A stretch of DNA of 64,000 nt from the human T2T-CHM13v2.0 reference genome, Homo sapiens, in assembly GCF_009914755.1 (NCBI RefSeq), contig NC_060926.1; one strand, written 5' to 3'. Made by a program: the position numbers and the translations under genes. Positions 55,673-64,000 of this stretch are shown piece by piece. Every line of letters starts with the position of its first letter. Within the stretch, counting starts at the first letter, position 1. The notes under the pieces were generated by a model that saw only the letters and a list, made by a program, of their open reading frames with translations, was not told the origin of the DNA and searched no databases.

Positions 55673-55951
55673 CAATACTGACTAAAATTTCTTAATACTC
55701 ATCTTAAAGCTTATACTGATGATTTCCTTTTTTACTTCTGTATTATACAGGATGCTAGTAGGAAAATTACAGCACAAGCAAATATAGAAATTTTAGGTTC
55801 ATTTAAAAAGAGACAATTTGCAAATTTTGACAGAACATGGAAACCGTAAGAGTTCAGCAAGAAAGATTAGTGTAACGTTTAGCTCTTTATCCTGAAAGAA
55901 AGAGCAGGTAGAGGGAACAGTAACTGGAATCTGGAAAGATATATCTATATC

Positions 55952-56349
55952 TGTATTAGTCCATTTTCACAATGCTATAAATAACTGGGTAAAGGACTGG
56001 GTATAAATAACTGGCCCAAGACTGGGTAAAGGAAAAAGGTTTAATTGACTCACAGTTTAGCATGGCTGGGGAGGCCTCAGGAAACTTACAATCATGGCAG
56101 AAGGTGAAGGGGAAGCAAGGCACCTTCATCAAAGGTGGCAGGGGGAAGAAGTGCTGAGTGAAGGGGAAAGAGTCCCTTATAAAACCACCAGATGTCAGGA
56201 GAACTCACTCACTATCATAAGAACGGCAGGAGGGAAACAGCTTCCATGATTCAATTACCTCAACCTGGTCTCTCCCTTGACACATGAAGATTATGGGGAT
56301 TACAATTCAATATGAGATTTGGGAGGGGACACAAAGCCTAACCATATCA
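55952..56349 (-). mobile_element. THE1D-like solo LTR
   Basis: tgtattagtccattttcac...ggaggcctcaggaaacttacaatcatggcagaagg...aaagcctaaccatatca; TSD atatc/atgtc. Confidence 0.9.
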
Positions 56350-56505
56350 ATGTCTCTCTCTGGGTTTTAGGTTGTATATAGATATATATCCGAATTAGTC
56401 CATTTTCACACAGCTATAATAACTGCCTAAGACTGGGTAATCTATAAAGGACAGAGGTTATATATATATGCAGAATAGGCCTCTGATAAAATTCAACATT
56501 GCTTC

Positions 56506-57096
56506 ATGTTAAAAACTCTCAATAAACTAGGTGTTGATGGAACATATCATCTCAAAATAATAAGAGCTATTTATGACAAACCCACAGCCAATATCATATT
56601 GAATGGGCAAAAGCTGGAAGCATTCCCTTTGAAAAACTGGTACAAGAAAAGTATGCCATCTCTCAATACTCCTATTGAACATAGTATTGGAAGTTCTGGC
56701 CAGGGCAATCAAGCAAGAGAAAGAAATAAAGGATATTCAGATAGAAAGGGGAGAAGTCACATTATCTTTGTTTACAGATGATATAATCCTACATCGAGAA
56801 AACCCCACCTTCTCAGCCCCAAAGCTTTTTAAGCTGATAAGCAACTTCAGCAAAGTTTCAGGATACAAATCAACATGCAAAAATTGCTAGCATTCCTATA
56901 CACCAACAACAGGCATACAGAGAACCAAATCATGAATGAATTCCTATTCATAATTGCTACAAAGAGAATAAAATATCTAGGAATACAGTTAACAAGGCAA
57001 GTGAAGGATCTCTTCAATGAGAACTACAAACCACTACTCAAGGAACTCAGAGAGGACACAAACAAATGGAAAAACGTTTCATGCCCATGGATGTGA
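56506..57096 (+). pseudogene. Frameshifted L1 ORF2p reverse-transcriptase remnants
   Basis: Three frames give [45 protein letters not shown]...LSLFTDD and IKYLGIQLT; catalytic FADD reads FTDD. Confidence 0.9.
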
Positions 57097-58087
57097 AAAA
57101 TCAATTTTGTGAAAATGGTGATACTACCCAAATTAATTTATAGATTTAATGCTATTCCCATTAAACTACCATTGACATTCTTCACAGAATTAGGAAAAAT
57201 TTTTTAATTCATATGGAACCAAAAAAGAGCTCATATAGCCAAGACAATCTTAAGCAAAAAGACCAAATCTGGAGGCATCACACTACTCAACTTCAAGCTA
57301 TACTATAAGTCTACAGTAACCGAAACAGCATGGTACTGGTAAAAAAATAAAAAGAAAAAAAGAAAAAGAAAAAGAAAAGAAAAAAAAAAGAAAAAAGATG
57401 TATAGACCAATGGAACAGAATAGAAAACTTTTGAACAAGACTGCACACCTACAACCATCTGATCTTTGACAAATCTGACAAAAACAAGCAATGGGGAAAA
57501 AATTCCCAATTTAATAAACAGTGCTGGGAGAACTGGCTAGACATATGCAGAAAACTGAAACTGGACCGCTTACTTATACCTTATACAAAAATTATCTCAA
57601 GATGGATTAAAAACTTAAATGTATAACTGAAAACTAGAAACCTTAGAAGAAAATCTAGGCAATACCACTCAGGACATAGTCATGGGCAAAGATTTCATAA
57701 TGAAAACACTGAAAGGAATTGCAACAAAAGCAAAAATTGACAAATGGGATCTAATTAAAGAGCTTTTGCACAGCTAAATAAACTATCGTCAGAGTGAACA
57801 GACAACCTACAGAATGGGAGAAAATCTTTGAAATCTATCCATCTGACAAAGGTTTAATATTCAAAGTTTGCAAGGAACTTAAACAAACTTAGAAGAAAAA
57901 AACCAAACAACTCCATTACAAAGTGGGCAAAGGACATGAACAGACATTTCTCCAAAGAAGACATTCATGCAGCCAAGAAACATATGAAAAAATGCTCAAC
58001 ATCACTGATCATTAGAGAAATGCATATCAAAACCACAATGAGATACCATCTTATGCCAGTCATAATGTGATTATTAAAAAGTCAAGA

Positions 58088-58372
58088 GGCCTGGCACAGT
58101 GGCTAATGGCTGTAATCCCAGAACTTTAGGAGGCTGAGGCCGGTGGATCACTTGAGGTCATGAGTTTGAGACCAGCCTGGCCAACATGGCGAAACCCTGT
58201 CTCTACTAAAAACACAAAAATTAGCCAGGCATGTTGGCATGTGCTTGTAATCCCAGCTACTAGGGGGGCTGAAGCAGGAGGTTTGCTTGAACCTGGGAGG
58301 CATGGGTTGCAGTGAGCCAAAGTTGTGCCACTGCACTCCAGCCTGGGCAACAGAGCGAGACTCTGTCTCAAA

Positions 58373-58411
<39 letters not shown>

Positions 58412-58414
58412 AAT
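58088..58414 (+). mobile_element. AluS (Sz-like) with (TAAA)n tail
   Basis: Perfect 12-bp TSD aaaaagtcaaga at 58076-87 and 58415-26. Confidence 0.95.
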
Positions 58415-59119
58415 AAAAAGTCAAGAAACAAAAGATGCTGGCAAGGCTGTGAAGAAAAAGGAGCACTTTTACACCGTTGGTGGAAATGTAAATTAGTTCA
58501 ACCATTGTGGAAGACATTGTGGTGATTTCTCAAAGATCTAGAAGCAGAAATACCACTGGACCGAGCGATCCCATTAATAGGTACATACCCAAAGGAATAT
58601 AAATCTTCCTATTATAAAGATACATGCACATGTATGTTCATTGCAGTACTATTCACAATAGCAAAGACATGCATTTAACCCAAATGGCCATCAATGACAA
58701 ACTGAATAAAGAAAACGTGGTACATATACACCATGGAATACTGTGTAGCCACAAAAAGGAATGAGATCATGTCCTTTGCAGGGACATGGATGGAGCTGGA
58801 AGCCATTATCCTCAGCAAACTAACACAGAAAACCAAACACTGCATGTTCTCACCTATAAGTGGGTGCTGAATGATGAGAACACATGGATACATGCTGGGG
58901 AACGACCTATACTGGGGCCTGTCAGAGGGGTGGTGTGGAGGGAGAGCATCACGGAGAACAGCTAATGGGTGCTGGCCTTAGTACGTAGGTGATAGGTTGT
59001 TCCGTGCAGCAGAACACCGTGGCACACACTTACCTATGTAACAAATGTGCACATCCTGCACATGTACCCTGGAACTTAAAATAAAAGTTGATTTAAAAAA
59101 ATCAAAAAGGAAAAAAGAA

Positions 59120-59402
59120 ACTAGTCCTCTCCGTGAGCCAACTTCATTAAACTCTTATATAAGCTTCCTACCCTGACCTCGTCACTGAAGTCATATTCAG
59201 GTAAAACATTCCTTTCTTTCCCTTTCTGCCTGAGGATATGCTGCAGCATTCTGTAAGTAAGGTTCTCCTAATGAATGCTTCAAACTAATCAACTTAATAT
59301 TTGGTGCTTCTTTCTTTTGAATCCCAGCTGGCCCCATCTCAGAATGGTTTGGGGCACTGTACTTTTGGGGAGACTCCTGCAGAGGGTTTGCCAGGCTAAA
59401 TA
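59120..59402 (+). mobile_element. 3' half of an ERVL-type LTR (MER54/MER73-like)
   Basis: gtgcttctttcttttgaatcccagctggccccatctcagaatggtttggggcact...ttttggggagactcc resembles the U5 of these LTRs. Confidence 0.55.
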
Positions 59403-59899
59403 GAGTCCTATCTCTCTTGGCCACCCTGAAAGATGGAGTGGGTTAAAACTTGGCACTACTGCTTCAGCTGAAGTGGGACTCCTTCCTTGGAGGTGATAAC
59501 AGGTGTCATTTGCTTGACAAAATTATCAACAGACTAATCATCATGAAGGATGCTCCTGTGGGAAAGATGAGACAATTTGAATAACAGAAAACAATGAATG
59601 CATTTAACTGAAATCCACTACATATATATTTTAAAATTATGTTTTTGATGATACTCAATTTTTTAAATAAGAGAAATCCAATAATCAACAATGACAGCAA
59701 CTAAGAATATTGGAAATAACTAAGGCATCAACAACTCTGTATGAAAATTATAAATTAAAATAAAATAAGCATTTATCCTATCTTTCCTTTTATGAATTGA
59801 TAAAAGAGAAAAAATCTTTATAGAAAAATTTCTCATAGTAAATATAGAAAAAAGTAAAAAAAATATTGCAGCATTTAATGAAATAATTGATTCAGGCAG

Positions 59900-60400
59900 C
59901 AATCATTCATTAAAAGATTGATGAGGAATTTTACAATAGAGGGATCCCTGATCAATGGCATTATTGTTTAAAATGTGACAATCTTCTGATGCAATGCTAT
60001 GTGAAGCACACAGCACTAACAGTAACGTGTTCTTGACCAAAAAGTTGGGCCTAAAACTAATCAAACCTTCTGGGATAACTTCTCTTTATGGAAAATATAG
60101 GGAACAAAAGGATACGTTAAATGGTGTGATGCAAACAAATTCACAATGTGGGACATTTACAACTAACGCAGCGTCTACAATAAATTCATGGCATTTACAA
60201 TAAAAATGAGAGGGAAAATGGGCAAAAGATTTCAATAAGCAGTTTATCAAAGAAGATATACAAATGGCAATAAAACACAAGAAATGTTTGGCATAATTAG
60301 TTATTTGAGAAACACAAATTAAAATCACAGTGAGAAACTTCTCACTGCCTACCTGCTAAAATGACTAAAATAAAAATAAGATAGTGACTACATCTAGTGT
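59900..60400 (+). mobile_element. Old L1ME fragments
   Basis: aagcacacagcac...gttcttgaccaaaaag...aaaatgggcaaaagatttcaataagcagtttatcaaagaagatatacaaatggc. Confidence 0.6.
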
Positions 60401-60639
60401 TTTATCCACAGTCTTATATCTTGCCATATATTGTTCCTTTCTTTTTGCTCTGAATTTTGGATTCTTCTTCATTCTTAATTTTTGAATGCTATTTTAAAAA
60501 ACTCTTTTAGTTTTTGTTGTTTTGTTTTGGGGTAAGTCCAATTACTTCTGTGATGTACTCAGACTCCTAATATCCAAGCCTGATCTGGTGTCCTATGATT
60601 TCCTTTTTCCCTGAATTCTACTAAGGTGTAGACATAAAT

Positions 60640-61151
60640 GATTACCCGCTATTATTCCAGAGGTCACAAGATATGTAACTTCCCCAATTACTCCTACAGA
60701 TAACAGCACTATTCTAGAACCTATGATTGGTATTTTGACATGTCTTTTCAGGTTGTTCTGCATGTCTGACACCCAATGGCTCCAACTGTACCTGCCAATT
60801 CCTTCTGTACCTTTACCCAGAAGTGAGTCAGTGCACATGAAAAGCATTTCCCACACCTGTACTGCATCCTCAACCAGTCAGCAGCAAGCACGCACTGTCT
60901 ACTCATCCCTTCACCTCCCTCACTCCCCCAGCCCCTCAACCTCCTCAGCATGCCACCTCTTCCCCCAAACTATCCTTGAAAAACCATAGCCTCCAAATTT
61001 TGTGAGAGACTGATTTCAGTAATATTAAAACTCTGATCTCCTCTTCAGCCAGCTCTGCATGAATTAAGCTCTTTCTCTATTGTGATTCCCCTGTCTTAAT
61101 AAATCAGCTCCATCTGGGCAGCAGGCAAAATGAATCCATTGTCAGGTTACA
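60640..61151 (+). mobile_element. LTR8/LTR8A-like ERV1 LTR (5' part missing)
   Basis: gaggtcacaagatatgtaacttccccaattactcc...aaactatccttgaaaaacc...tctgggcagcaggcaa...ggttaca. Confidence 0.75.
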
Positions 61152-61241
61152 TTACTTGCCCCTCCCACATTGTTTCCAGTATTATTAACTTCTTGCATTG
61201 GTGTGGTACCCTTGGCACCATTGTTGAACCACTATTGATAC

Positions 61242-61984
<743 letters not shown>

Positions 61985-62375
61985 ATACATTATTATTAAC
62001 TAATCTCCAATATTCACACTAGGGCTCATTCTTTGTTTTGTATAGCTTTACGGGTTTGACAAACACTTAGGGTCATGTATCCAGCATTACAGTATCATAC
62101 ACAATATTCAGTGCCCTAATGATCTACTGTGCTCCACCTATTCATCTCTTCTTCCCCACCCCCTTGCAACACCAATTTTTCATGCCTCCATAATTTTGCC
62201 TTTTCCAGAATGTCATATAGTTGTAATCATACAATATGCAACCTTATCAGTCTGGCTTCTTTCACTTAGCAATATGCATTTATGTTCTCTTCATGTTATT
62301 TTTTGGCTGAAAAGCTCATTACTTTTTATTTTTGAAAAACACTTCATTTTACTTGGTTAGATTTATATCTAAGTA

Positions 62376-62487
62376 CAGTTAAGCCTTCTGCATCCATGCA
62401 TTCAACCAACTGCAGATAAAATATATGTATATTTAATTTGATCGGGGAATCCTGGAACCAATCCCCACAGATACCAAGGGAGGACTA
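62376..62487 (-). mobile_element. MER2 (Tigger2 family), internally deleted
   Basis: cctggaaccaatccccacagataccaagggaggacta is the reverse complement of the MER2 terminus; TA on both flanks. Confidence 0.75.
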
Positions 62488-64000
62488 TATTTCATGTGTT
62501 GGTGCTACAGTAAATGGCATTATGTTTCTGATTTCAAATTCTAGTGTTTCATTGCTGGTGCATTCCAAGGCAACTGACTTTTTAGATCAACCTTGTATCT
62601 TCCAACCTTGATATAATCAATTAATATTAGCTCCAGAAGGTTTTTTCTTCTAGAATTTTGGAATGTTTTTTACAGACAATTATATCATTTGCAAACAAAG
62701 ACAGTTTTACTTGTTTCTTCATAATCTGTATAGATTTTATTTCCATTTTTTATCTTATTACATTAACTAGAACTCCCAGCACACTGTTGAATAGGAATCA
62801 AAGAAGAGATACCCTTGTCTTGCTCCCAAACTTAGGAGGAAAGCATTTAGCTTCTCCTCATTAATGATGTTAGCTTAGAGTTTTTGTAGATATTATTTAC
62901 TAAGATAAAAAAAGTCCCTCTCTCTTTCTAATTGGCTGAAAATTTCTCATCATGTATGTAGTGTTGGATTTTGTCAAGTGCTTTCTCTGCATCACATTTA
63001 TTTATATAATCATATGATATGTATTCTTTAGCCAGTTGATATGATCAACTACATTAATTGATCATTCATATTAACCCAGCCTTGCATACATACCTTGAAC
63101 AAATTGTACTTGGTCATGGTATATAATTATTTTTATACAGTGTTGGAGTCCATTTGCTGATATTTTGTTGAGGAATTTTGGATCTGTGTTCATGACTGAT
63201 AGTGTTCTATAGTTTTCTTCTTTCAATGTCTTTGTTTAGTTTTCATATTTGTGTAATGCTGGCCTCATAGAATGAGTTACTGCTTCCTCTGCTTCTATTT
63301 CTGGAAAAGATTGGACAGAATTGATACTATTTTCTTCTTGAAATGTCTAGTAGCATTCACTAGTGAAACCATCTGCATCTGGTGACTTCTATTTTGAAAT
63401 GTTTGTAATTGTTGATTCAATACATTTAATACATACAGGCCAAATTATGTATTTCTCCTTGCTTGAGTTTTGGAAGATTTTTGCTTTCAAGGAATCATTC
63501 TATTTCATCTAAGTTATAGATCTATGGGAATAGAATTCTTCATAATATTCCTTTATCACTTTCTTCATGTCTGTGGGATCAGTAGTGGTGTGACCTTTTT
63601 CATTTCTAATATTAGTAATTTATGACTTTTCACTTTTTGTTCTTGGTTAGCATAATGAAAAGTTTCACAATTTTACTGATATTTTCAAAGAACCAGCTTT
63701 TGGTTTCCTTGTTTTTCACTATAAACTTCTTGCTTTTAATTTATCAATTTCTGCTCTTTTATTATTTCTTTTTGGAATATAATTTTCTCTTCTTTTTTTA
63801 GTTTCCTAAGGTTGAAACTTACATTTTTAATGTTAGGTCTTTATTTTTTTCTAATGAATGCATTAAATACATAAATTTCCCTGTAATCACTGCTACTGCT
63901 CACAAATTTTGATACCTTATGTTTTCATTTTCATTTAATTCAAAATATGTTAAAATTTCTTTTGAGACTTTTTCTTAGGCCCATGTGTTACTTAGAAGTG

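Larger units (their letters stand above)
56464..59119 (+). mobile_element. L1PA (about PA10-13) 5'-truncated element with disrupted ORF2, interrupted by an Alu
   Basis: Sense ORF2 from gcagaataggcc...aaaattcaac; 3'UTR ...cacatgtaccctggaacttaaaataaaag plus A-rich tail. Confidence 0.92.

Noticed and set aside
56506-57096. Reverse-transcriptase-like ORFs as an active or novel RT system
   Set aside because: Frameshifted, 5'-truncated ordinary L1 ORF2 with an altered catalytic motif

Overview
AT-rich, CpG-depleted primate (most likely human) genomic DNA. It has no CpG island, no intact protein-coding gene that I can recognise, and no tRNA, rRNA or CRISPR array. Well over half of the window is interspersed repeats: 9 Alus; L1PA/PB/MA/MC/ME and HAL1 fragments; L2 and MIR; about 10 MaLR LTR elements (THE1, MST, MLT1); ERV LTRs (MER61, LTR8-like, MER31, MER54/73-like); and DNA-transposon relics (MER5, MER47C, Tigger3a, MER53, MER44, MER2). 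Most of the longer supplied ORFs come from Alu, L1, LTR or microsatellite sequence. Best leads: (i) a candidate spliced + strand 3' end (exon 1119-1177 joined to a terminal exon from 1436, with AATAAA at 1531); (ii) a candidate non-coding exon and microexon at 42.5 kb; (iii) several unusual retrotransposition junctions, namely an inverted L1 plus Alu within one TSD pair, an L1PA with a locally templated 5' insert and no TSD, and a truncated MSTB provirus/L1PB junction inside a split L1MA; (iv) GGAA and polypurine arrays; (v) candidate CTCF, DUX4 and GATA/E-box sites. I cannot support a wholly new biological system here. Repeat subfamily names come from recalled consensus sequences rather than an alignment run, and boundaries of old repeats are approximate.
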